DNA of 24,000 nt from the NCBI RefSeq assembly GCF_006861675.1, contig NZ_SGJB01000009.1, positions 1,777-25,776 on the forward strand, read 5' to 3'. Of the stretch, positions 16,991-24,000 are shown piece after piece; positions within the stretch are counted from its first letter, which is position 1; every line of letters starts with the position of its first letter. The position numbers and the translations under genes are program-made. The notes beneath the pieces are model-generated. The model saw only the letters and a list, made by a program, of their open reading frames with translations, had not been told where the DNA came from and ran no database searches. Source of the DNA: Peptacetobacter hominis. GTDB lineage: Bacteria; Bacillota; Clostridia; Peptostreptococcales; Peptostreptococcaceae.

Positions 16991-18097
16991 ATGGATATTT
17001 TATCTATATTTCTTGATCTTGTGAAGCTTTCATCTCCATCAAAAAATGAAAGATGTGTGGCTGATTATATAAAAAAATCTCTTTCGTATTATAAAGATTA
17101 TCTCGATATATACGAAGATAATGCAGGAATACTTATCGATGGCAATTGCGGAAATATAATTGTCAAAATTGATGGACAAGGTGAACCAATAGCATTTGAT
17201 GCCCATATGGACACTGTAGAACCCTGCAATGCTATAAATCCTATTATAAAAGACTCTATAATATATACCAATGGTAATTCTATACTAGGTGCCGATGATA
17301 AAAGTGGTATTGCTGTAATGATTTCAATAATCCACGAAATAATAGAAAAAAAATTGCCTCATCCACCACTTACTTTTGTATTTAGTGTATGTGAAGAAAA
17401 AAGTCTTCAGGGAGCAAAAAACTTGGATTTGAATATTTTTGAAGATCATAAATATGTATTTGTCCTTGATGGTGAGGGTGATGTTGGCTCAATGATTTTA
17501 AAAACACCGTATGGATGTAAAGGCACTCTAAAAGTTATTGGAAAGGAAGCTCATGCAGGAGTATGTCCCGAAAATGGTATAAATGCATTATGCGTTGCTT
17601 CAGAAGCTATAACATCACTTAATTTCGGGAGAATAAATGAAAATACAACTTCAAATATTGGAGTAATTTCTGGTGGAACTGCTACAAATGTTGTAATGGG
17701 TTCCGTTGAAATGAAATTTGAAGCAAGAAGTTATCTGAAAGATGAGCTTATTTCTCTTATAGAAAATGTAAAAAATACTTTTAAAGAAATATGTTTATCT
17801 AATGGTGCTTCCTTTGAAGAAGACCTTAAGTACGGAACTCCAGGATACAATATATCTGAAGATGATGAAATCGTAAAAGATTTCAAAAAAGCATGTTCTA
17901 ATCTAAATTTAAAATTTAATCCGCTATCATGTGGTGGTGGATGTAATGCAAATGTATATAGAAAAAATGGAATAAATGCGGTAAATCTTGGACTGAATAT
18001 GAAGAATGTTCACTCTACAAAAGAACATATTTCTATAGAAGATCTTGAGAAAGCAAAAGCATTGTGTCTTGAACTTATAAAAATTCTTTCAGATTAA
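16991..18097 (+). CDS. M20 family metallopeptidase / amidohydrolase (PepT-like)
   Basis: 368 aa. The M20 metal and catalytic motifs appear in order: FDAHMDTVEP, GADDKSGIAVM, VCEEKSLQGAK, VLDGEG and a C-terminal HSTKEHI. It starts 14 nt after the regulator stop. Confidence 0.8.
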   Translation: MDILSIFLDLVKLSSPSKNERCVADYIKKSLSYYKDYLDIYEDNAGILIDGNCGNIIVKIDGQGEPIAFDAHMDTVEPCNAINPIIKDSIIYTNGNSILGADDKSGIAVMISIIHEIIEKKLPHPPLTFVFSVCEEKSLQGAKNLDLNIFEDHKYVFVLDGEGDVGSMILKTPYGCKGTLKVIGKEAHAGVCPENGINALCVASEAITSLNFGRINENTTSNIGVISGGTATNVVMGSVEMKFEARSYLKDELISLIENVKNTFKEICLSNGASFEEDLKYGTPGYNISEDDEIVKDFKKACSNLNLKFNPLSCGGGCNANVYRKNGINAVNLGLNMKNVHSTKEHISIEDLEKAKALCLELIKILSD

Positions 18098-18131
18098 AAA
18101 ATGCTGCCCAATAATACTATTGGGCAGCATT
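18095..18131. terminator. bidirectional terminator between convergent genes (M20 peptidase and SEC-C gene)
   Basis: AATGCTGCCCAATA-ATAC-TATTGGGCAGCATT, a perfect 14-bp stem (18100-18113 pairs with 18118-18131). An upstream A-run supplies the U-tract for the minus-strand transcript. The plus-strand side is followed by only a weak T-rich stretch. Confidence 0.75.
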
Positions 18132-18149
18132 AACTTTATACTTTAATAA

Positions 18150-18653
18150 CTATGCGTTTTTACCGCAGCATTTTTTATATTTCTTTCCACTTCCACAAGG
18201 ACATGGATCATTTCTTCCAACTTTGTTTTCTTTAACTACAGTCTTGCTTGTTTTGTACTTCTTAAGAAGTGCTTTTCTTGTATCTGCAGCAAGTATATCA
18301 TTCCATCCCTCTAACTCATATAACCAGTTAGCTTCTGCTGCACACATGTTGTAGTATAATTTTTCCCAGTCTATTTTTAAAGATATAGCTTTATCAGCTT
18401 CTATAGCGTCAAGATCTATATCCTCCTGAAGACTTTCGCTTATTCCATCTATGAATCCCATGAAGTATTCAGCATTTGTTGAATATTTTTCAGCAAGTTC
18501 AGCTGGAGTTCCTTCTACAACCTGAGTTTTATTGTTTAATATTTCATTATATATATTTCTTTCTACTGATAAGTACTCTTTCCAGAACTCTATTTCAGCT
18601 TCCTGACTTTCATGATTTTCACTTAAATTTTTCCATGCTTCATATAATCCCAT
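18150..18653 (-). CDS. SEC-C metal-binding motif protein of unknown function
   Basis: 167 aa. The C-terminal SEC-C zinc motif is [19 protein letters not shown], and the N-terminal part is acidic and helical. RBS AGGAGG. Confidence 0.7.
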   Translation of the reverse strand: MGLYEAWKNLSENHESQEAEIEFWKEYLSVERNIYNEILNNKTQVVEGTPAELAEKYSTNAEYFMGFIDGISESLQEDIDLDAIEADKAISLKIDWEKLYYNMCAAEANWLYELEGWNDILAADTRKALLKKYKTSKTVVKENKVGRNDPCPCGSGKKYKKCCGKNA

Positions 18654-18720
18654 GATTTTTCCTCCTAATAATAATTATTTTATTTGCATTTCATCATGTT
18701 CCTGTTTCACGGTATAACTA

Positions 18721-19431
18721 TTATATTATATCATAACTGAACAATTCTTTTAATACTTTTATGGCTTTATCCTGTTCTATAAAATATGGGCTCGTCGCTA
18801 TCGTTATGACTGACGCTCCTTTTATCAGTTCCTGTATTCTGTCAAATCTATCTGCAAATGGTATATAGTCCATGTCTGTAGAGAATATATCAAGATCTAT
18901 ATCCAGAACATATTCTCCACTTACATTTTCCTTCAGGCTATAAGTACTATCCATTATTATAAGCTCCGAAAATATTTTCTTCTCCATAGCAGGTTTTATA
19001 AAGCTTCCTACATTCAAAACCTCATTTGTGTATCTAAATACATCGTCCATATCATCTGTATTTACATCGTAGTTTTCAGGAACTCTGGTATCCTTATGCT
19101 GGTCTACATGTACAAGAGTACATCCTCTTTTGAATAGATTCTGATGTAGTGCGTCGTTCCAGAAATAGAACGCATGGTTGTGATTGTCAAATATATACAC
19201 TTTTTTTCCATCTTCTGTATCCCATTCAACCATTCTTTCAAGACCTTTTGCCTTTACTTCATTTCCATCATCGTCTATCTCATTGAATACCACTTTTTCT
19301 CCGATTTTCACATCGCAAAGCGTTCCTTCTATAAGTTCTGGAACGTATATACTTTTATTTTCTCTTTCCTCGTATGAAAATACATTATTTCCAAGAGGTC
19401 TGTCTATATAAAATCCTGTATAATGATTCAT
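18721..19431 (-). CDS. UPF0489 family protein (putative metal-dependent hydrolase with arginase/ureohydrolase-like motifs)
   Basis: 236 aa. The motifs FDNHNHAF (res 81-88), LVHVDQHKD (106-114) and LDIDLDIF (176-183) match my recollection of the UPF0489 (C5orf22-like) signature (DHH..., HFDSHPD). Its ATG is 1 nt after the RluA stop. Confidence 0.5.
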   Translation of the reverse strand: MNHYTGFYIDRPLGNNVFSYEERENKSIYVPELIEGTLCDVKIGEKVVFNEIDDDGNEVKAKGLERMVEWDTEDGKKVYIFDNHNHAFYFWNDALHQNLFKRGCTLVHVDQHKDTRVPENYDVNTDDMDDVFRYTNEVLNVGSFIKPAMEKKIFSELIIMDSTYSLKENVSGEYVLDIDLDIFSTDMDYIPFADRFDRIQELIKGASVITIATSPYFIEQDKAIKVLKELFSYDII

Positions 19432-19432
19432 T

Positions 19433-20110
19433 TTACTTCACTCCCGAAAAAAGATTCCATGGATACTCATTCGGCGGCTCGCATACGAATTTCATTTTTT
19501 CCTTTGTTGTCGGATGTACAAGTTCTATTACATTTGACCATAGAGCTATCTGCTGACCGACTTTATTTACATTCTGACCGTATCTCTGATCTCCGTAAAG
19601 AGGATGATTTCTCGATGCAAACTGAACCCTTATCTGATGTGATCTTCCTGTTTTCAGATCTATTTTTACAAGGCTGAATCCATCTTTATTTCCTATAGTT
19701 TCGTAATACAGCTGAGAGAATTTACCCTCTTTGTGATTTTTTGATACTACGCTTACCATATTTGTCTTTTTATTTTTATAAAGATAATCCTCCAGCATAT
19801 CCGATTTTCGCTTCATAGTTCCATGTATAACAGCTTTATACGATTTTTTGAATGTCTTGTTTCTTACCTGTTCAGAAAGCCTTGAGGCAGCCTTTGACGT
19901 CTTTGCAAACACCATTACACCGCCTACAGGTCTATCAAGTCTATGTACAAGTCCAAGATATACATTTCCCGGCTTGTTGTATTTTTCTTTTATGTATTTT
20001 TTTAGTAGATTGACCATATCATCGTCATTTGTATTGTCGCCCTGAGAAAGTATGTTCACAGGTTTTTCCACTACAAGAAGATGATTGTCCTCATAGATAA
20101 CCTTAACCAT
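19433..20110 (-). CDS. RluA family pseudouridine synthase
   Basis: Contains the catalytic-Asp motif LVHRLDRPVGGVMVFAKT, KSYKAVIHG and GRSHQIRVQ. The preferred start is ATG 20110 (MVKVIYEDNHLLVVEKP), with RBS GGGAGAG upstream, 2 nt after the methyltransferase stop. The track start at 20143 would overlap the upstream gene. Confidence 0.85.
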   Translation of the reverse strand: MVKVIYEDNHLLVVEKPVNILSQGDNTNDDDMVNLLKKYIKEKYNKPGNVYLGLVHRLDRPVGGVMVFAKTSKAASRLSEQVRNKTFKKSYKAVIHGTMKRKSDMLEDYLYKNKKTNMVSVVSKNHKEGKFSQLYYETIGNKDGFSLVKIDLKTGRSHQIRVQFASRNHPLYGDQRYGQNVNKVGQQIALWSNVIELVHPTTKEKMKFVCEPPNEYPWNLFSGVK

Positions 20111-20112
20111 TG

Positions 20113-20982
20113 TTATCTCTCCCATCTTCCAAATATACCACATGGAAGTATTTTACCATCTCTTGATGCCGGTATACCTACTTCTCCTCCGTATATTTTT
20201 CCACCTTTTACTTTTTTTCCTATCGTAGTTGAAAGCACGTTTTCAAGAACTATCGGTGAAAATCCTGTAGTATATGAATTTATAAGGAAGAATAGAGGAT
20301 CATCAGATAATACGTCCATACAAAGCTTTACAAAGTCGAAAAGTTTGTCTTCTATTTTCCACACTTCACCCTTAGGCCCTCTTCCGTATGAAGGAGGGTC
20401 CATTATTATAGCGTCGTATTTTCTTCCTCTTCTTATTTCTCTTTCTACAAATTTTACAACATCGTCAACTATAAATCTCACTGTCTGATTCTGAAGTCCT
20501 GATGTTTCTATATTTTCCTTTGCCCATGTAACCATACCCTTGGCAGCGTCTACGTGGCATACCTCAGCTCCTGCTGATGCACATGCAACTGTAGCTCCAC
20601 CAGTATATGCAAAAAGGTTAAGAACTCTTATAGGTCTTTTAGCTCCTTTTATTTTGTCTATCATCCAGTCCCAGTTTGCAGCCTGCTCAGGGAAAAGACC
20701 TGTATGTTTAAATCCTGTTGGCTTTATATTGAACTTAAGGTTTTTGTAGTTTATAACCCATTTTTCAGGATATCTTTTCTTGTGCTCCCAGTGTCCCCCA
20801 CCTCTGTTACTTCTGTGGTAGTGTCCATGAGGATTTTTCCATAAAGCCCATTCTTTTTCCATTGGCCATACAACCTGTGGATCCGGTCTTCTAAGTACTA
20901 TATCTCCCCATCTTTCAAGCTTTTCTCCGTTACCCATGTCTATAAGCTCGTAATCTTTCCAGTTATCTGCAAGTATAAGCAT
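20113..20982 (-). CDS. class I SAM-dependent methyltransferase, RlmI/RlmK-like (no PUA domain)
   Basis: 289 aa. SAM-binding motif I is VLNLFAYTGGATVACA, with acidic HVDAAK and motif IV IIMDPPSYGRG. The overall layout resembles the rRNA large-subunit methyltransferase catalytic domain. Confidence 0.72.
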   Translation of the reverse strand: MLILADNWKDYELIDMGNGEKLERWGDIVLRRPDPQVVWPMEKEWALWKNPHGHYHRSNRGGGHWEHKKRYPEKWVINYKNLKFNIKPTGFKHTGLFPEQAANWDWMIDKIKGAKRPIRVLNLFAYTGGATVACASAGAEVCHVDAAKGMVTWAKENIETSGLQNQTVRFIVDDVVKFVEREIRRGRKYDAIIMDPPSYGRGPKGEVWKIEDKLFDFVKLCMDVLSDDPLFFLINSYTTGFSPIVLENVLSTTIGKKVKGGKIYGGEVGIPASRDGKILPCGIFGRWER

Positions 20983-21023
20983 TTTTTATCTCCTTTTTCT
21001 TTTATAATCTATCTCTCTATAAA

Positions 21024-21054
21024 GTCAAAAAGCAGCCTGAATGCTGCTTTTGAC
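21024..21054 (-). terminator. terminator downstream of pyrF
   Basis: The minus strand reads GTCAAAAGCAGC-ATTCAG-GCTGCTTTTTGAC followed by TTTATAG. The stem has a GC-rich core, A:U extensions and one bulge. A possible -35 for the downstream operon (TTGACT, 21028..21023) overlaps it. Confidence 0.6.
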
Positions 21055-21069
21055 CTCTATATTCTTTTA

Positions 21070-21786
21070 TTATGCGTTTTCTATTTCTTTAACTATATCT
21101 ATAGCAGCCTGTTTTGGATTCTCAGCCTTAGTTATAGGTCTTCCTACAACTATGTACTTAGCTCCTCTTCTTATTGCGTCTGCTGGAGTAACAACTCTCT
21201 TCTGATCTCCAACCTCAGCTGAAGCAGGTCTTATACCAGGGCATACTGTAACGAAATCATCTCCGCATACCTCTACTATCTTGTCAACTTCTCTTGCTGA
21301 ACAAACTACACCGTCTATTCCTGATTTTTTTGCAAGAAGAGCTCTTTTTATAACAAGTTCCTCAGCAGTATAGCTGCATCCTATATCCTGAAGATCCTCG
21401 TTGCTTAGAGATGTAAGAACTGTAACACCTACTATAAGCGGTTTTTCTATGTTAAGTCTTTCAGCTTCTTCTTTTGCTATTTCAGCACACTGTCTCATTC
21501 CTTCAAAGTCAGAAACATGTATTGTCATAAGCCATACATTATCTCTTACAGCTGCCTTTACTGCACTTTTCATAGTGTTTGGTATATCGTGGAATTTAAG
21601 GTCAAGGAATACTTTTTTTCCTTTTTCCTTAAGGTAATCAAGAGTTTTTCCTCTTGTAGCAACATACTGCTCTAGACCTACCTTGAATATATCAACACTG
21701 TCCTCAAGGCTGTCTATAAGAACTTTAGCCTTGTCAAAATCATCAGTATCGATTGCAACTATAAGTTTTTCTTTTCCGTTTATCAT
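21070..21786 (-). CDS. pyrF: orotidine 5'-phosphate decarboxylase
   Basis: 238 aa. Contains LIVAIDT, the catalytic DLKFHDIPNT motif and C-terminal IVVGRPI. Confidence 0.93.
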   Translation of the reverse strand: MINGKEKLIVAIDTDDFDKAKVLIDSLEDSVDIFKVGLEQYVATRGKTLDYLKEKGKKVFLDLKFHDIPNTMKSAVKAAVRDNVWLMTIHVSDFEGMRQCAEIAKEEAERLNIEKPLIVGVTVLTSLSNEDLQDIGCSYTAEELVIKRALLAKKSGIDGVVCSAREVDKIVEVCGDDFVTVCPGIRPASAEVGDQKRVVTPADAIRRGAKYIVVGRPITKAENPKQAAIDIVKEIENA

Positions 21787-21857
21787 ATTCAGATATCTCC
21801 TTTATATATTTATTTTCTTATAAATTCCGCTCAGCGAAATCACTTTTTCGTACACAG

Positions 21858-21895
21858 AAAATCCTTATACTCTTGTAAACAGGCATAAGGATTTT
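21858..21895 (-). terminator. hairpin terminator downstream of the DUF1847 gene
   Basis: AAAATCCTTAT-(16-nt loop)-ATAAGGATTTT, a perfect 11-bp stem whose 3' arm ends in TTTT on either strand. Confidence 0.5.
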
Positions 21896-21937
21896 ATTAT
21901 ATCTATTATAATTGTTTTTTGTATATGATGTCAATTA

Positions 21938-22576
21938 TTATTGCTCATCATCAGGTTTTAATCTTTCTTTGAAATATGAACCTGCATTGTATATCGCTGC
22001 TATCGGATTATGCCCTGTAACTCTGTCCTTTGCTACAAGAACTGTAACAGGCGCATCCATGTATTTTATGGCAAGTGTATCGTGTCCTACGCAAAGTCCA
22101 AACAGTATATTCAAATCTGTCTTTTCCTCATTCAAAAATAATGCCTGTCCTATAGGATTGCACATATTTTCTTCATCAGGTTCTCTGGATACGGTACACC
22201 CACTTTCTATACCTATTTCAGATTTTGGTATAGCTCCATTTTTACATGCTATGGATGCAACTTCAAATCCGTGACTTCTGAATATTTTCCGGGCTGTTTC
22301 AGCTTCATCAGAAAGACCGATACAGAATGCCAGACCAAGTTTTTTATATCCGCATTTTTTAGAAAACTCTATTATCTCTTTTATTCTGGTCCACTGACAG
22401 TACCCCTGAGCCTCTACTTCTGCCGCATTATGGGCAATCTTCATGTTATCCCCCTCGTGATAAAGAGCTCTTGCTTTTTCTCTCATTTCTTTATCTTTTG
22501 TAGGACAAACTTTCATCATTTTCTTCTCGTCGTTTGCATAACATCCCTGTCCTTTACATGATGCACAGTTATACAT
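21938..22576 (-). CDS. DUF1847 family Cys-rich metal-binding protein
   Basis: 212 aa. An N-terminal Cys cluster (MYNCASCKGQGCYAN...KVCP) is followed by further conserved-looking Cys/His residues (NMCNPIG, FGLCVGHD). This matches my recollection of DUF1847. RBS AGGGGGTG. Confidence 0.55.
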   Translation of the reverse strand: MYNCASCKGQGCYANDEKKMMKVCPTKDKEMREKARALYHEGDNMKIAHNAAEVEAQGYCQWTRIKEIIEFSKKCGYKKLGLAFCIGLSDEAETARKIFRSHGFEVASIACKNGAIPKSEIGIESGCTVSREPDEENMCNPIGQALFLNEEKTDLNILFGLCVGHDTLAIKYMDAPVTVLVAKDRVTGHNPIAAIYNAGSYFKERLKPDDEQ

Positions 22577-22600
22577 ATAAACACCCCCTAAATAGGCATT

Positions 22601-23488
22601 CTACATTTCTTCCTGTATTTCCTCTTCTACATCCGCATTTGTTCTTTCTTCAACTGATATAAAATATTCTCTTCCACCGATTCTATTTCTAAGTTCCATA
22701 TCTTTATATACTATATCTATATCATTTTCTCTACACGCTATATCCAGGTGTTTAAGTGCAATACCCATACTTATCGCACTCATATTTTTAAGCTGTGCCT
22801 TTCTTGGTACTTTTTCAAAAAAGTGTATATAATTACCCTCTTTTGATACATACCATGGCTGAGAGTTTTTAACAGACGGAGCTCTTCTTACAAGCTCCAT
22901 TACATTTTCCCACTTTCCTGTCATTCCCTTTGATATCTTTGCAATCGGTTTTCTATCAGGTACTGCAAATCTTGTTCTGAAAAGAGGTTCTGACTTTATA
23001 GGCATACCAAATGCTATTATTGTACATGGTTCTCCTATATTTTCATCTATCTCCGCATCTTTCATCATTTCTGATACCTCAAAACCGCTTTCATCTCTTA
23101 CAAACTCTCTTTCATCTTCCTCTGTCTGAAGGCAATCCAGAATATCCGCCTTTGTAAGATGTGAATCAAGCCAGCATGTTGCTATTCCAAGACTTGTCAT
23201 ATAAAGAACCACTTCCTCAAGCGCAAATCCTGCATTCTGAAGATGATTTTTCCCACCTTCTGATGTTACAACTATATAATGCGGCGCTTTTATTTTACAT
23301 TCTTTTCCCATCAGGAAATGTATCAGATGTCCTTTATCTATTACGTGAGCTTTTATGTTTAAATCCTCATCTATATAACTTATATTATTACATGCTCTTC
23401 TTACATCTTCTATAAGATGCTCTTTTAATTTCTTATTTGAAAAAAATTCAGTTGTTTTTCTATAGTAAATGGCTTCACTTAGTTCCAT
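22601..23488 (-). CDS. nitroreductase-fold family protein (atypical, with an acidic insert)
   Basis: 295 aa. The C-terminal half has the nitroreductase signature LVRRAPSVKNSQPWYV. The N-terminal half (EAIYYRKTTEFF...APHYIVVTSE...LGIATCWL) also looks like nitroreductase core elements. The halves are separated by the acidic stretch TEEDEREFVRDESGFEVSEMMKDAEIDE. RBS AGGAGG. Confidence 0.5.
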   Translation of the reverse strand: MELSEAIYYRKTTEFFSNKKLKEHLIEDVRRACNNISYIDEDLNIKAHVIDKGHLIHFLMGKECKIKAPHYIVVTSEGGKNHLQNAGFALEEVVLYMTSLGIATCWLDSHLTKADILDCLQTEEDEREFVRDESGFEVSEMMKDAEIDENIGEPCTIIAFGMPIKSEPLFRTRFAVPDRKPIAKISKGMTGKWENVMELVRRAPSVKNSQPWYVSKEGNYIHFFEKVPRKAQLKNMSAISMGIALKHLDIACRENDIDIVYKDMELRNRIGGREYFISVEERTNADVEEEIQEEM

Positions 23489-23535
23489 GTGTTCCTCCTG
23501 TTTTATCTATCTCAATTATTTCAGCTATATCCTAT

Positions 23536-23555
23536 TATACACAAAAATGTGTATA
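23536..23555. promoter_or_regulatory. perfect 8-N4-8 palindrome in a divergent promoter region
   Basis: TATACACA-AAAA-TGTGTATA lies between the nitroreductase-like gene (start 23488, minus) and the M29 aminopeptidase gene (start 23620, plus). Confidence 0.4.
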
Positions 23556-23619
23556 TTATCTATTTGATGATATAATATTATTTATAATATAATTCTATCA
23601 GAAATGGAGGTTTAAAAAA

Positions 23620-24000
23620 ATGGACTTTAAACGAAATCTAGAAAAATACGCCGAACTTTCGGTAAAAACAGGCATAAATGTACAGCCCGGAGAAACACTT
23701 CTTGTTCGCTCTCCTATCGAATGTGCAGATTTCACCAGAGCTGCTGTAAGATATGCATATGAATGCGGTGCAAAGCGAGTTCATGTAGAGTGGAGCGATG
23801 ATGACTGTACGCTAAGCACATATAAACTTGCTCCTTCTGATTCATTCAATGAATATCCACAGTGGCAGGCCGACAAATATACATCAATTGCTGAAGAGGG
23901 CGGTTCTTTCCTTACTGTTTCAGCAACAGATCCCGATCTTCTTAAAGATGTAGATCCTCAGAGAATCGCTGATTTTCAGAAAGCTTCCGGAAAAGCTCTT
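23620..24000 (+). CDS. aminopeptidase, M29 family (PepS/AmpS-like), N-terminal fragment
   Basis: Absent from the ORF track because it is open at the window end. ATG 23620 is preceded by GGAGG (23606-23610). The translation MDFKRNLEKYAELSVKTGINVQPGETLLVRSPIECADFTRAAVRYAYECGAKRVHVEWSDDD... is a typical M29 aminopeptidase N-terminus and stays in frame to position 24000. Confidence 0.8.
   Translation, partial: MDFKRNLEKYAELSVKTGINVQPGETLLVRSPIECADFTRAAVRYAYECGAKRVHVEWSDDDCTLSTYKLAPSDSFNEYPQWQADKYTSIAEEGGSFLTVSATDPDLLKDVDPQRIADFQKASGKAL

Noticed and set aside
21787-21857. The pyrF upstream region, checked for a PyrR-binding attenuator.
   Set aside because: There is no ARUCCAGAGAGGYU-like loop and no terminator/antiterminator pair. 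Only a trivial CGC-TCA-GCG mini-hairpin is present.
1-24000. A search for CRISPR arrays, tRNA or rRNA genes, IS or transposase genes, integrases, toxin-antitoxin pairs and known defence-system genes.
   Set aside because: I saw no spaced direct-repeat arrays, no cloverleaf-compatible intergenic segments (every gap longer than 60 nt is explained by promoters or terminators) and no ORF with recombinase, nuclease or defence hallmarks.

Overview
This is a low-GC Firmicutes (Clostridia-like) chromosomal segment with tightly packed genes. I saw no rRNA, tRNA, CRISPR array, IS element or phage gene. Positions 1-10710 hold a minus-strand housekeeping array: lysS (partial), greA, dusB, coaX, birA, ftsH, tilS, a DUF1934 gene, murI, a GntR/FCD regulator, ispE and veg. 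Most of these are recognisable from catalytic motifs. Positions 10988-18097 are the only plus-strand block and the only accessory-looking region. This block encodes a LysR regulator, a fructose/mannitol-family PTS EIIA, a PTS EIIBC, a MalY/PatB-type PLP C-S lyase, an MtlR/FrvR-like regulator (HTH, PRD, EIIB-like and EIIA-like domains) and an M20 metallopeptidase. It contains no sugar-phosphate catabolic enzyme, and it resembles the cryptic E. coli frvABXR, fryBC-ypdEF and malXY loci, whose substrates are unknown. This cassette is my best candidate for an undescribed system: PTS uptake of a sugar-amino acid or sugar-peptide conjugate. Two TGTCA/TGACA dyads sit 40 bp apart upstream of a promoter with a weak -35, and a strong terminator splits the cassette internally. 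Positions 18150-23488 return to the minus strand. They carry a tightly coupled putative RNA-modification operon (RlmI/RlmK-like SAM methyltransferase, RluA-family pseudouridine synthase, a UPF0489 protein with arginase-like metal motifs, and a SEC-C motif protein). After these come pyrF and a DUF1847 Cys-rich protein paired with a nitroreductase-fold protein, the pair lying behind a perfect 8-N4-8 palindrome. The window ends with the start of an M29 aminopeptidase gene. All calls rest on reading the translations and the DNA by eye; no database search was possible.
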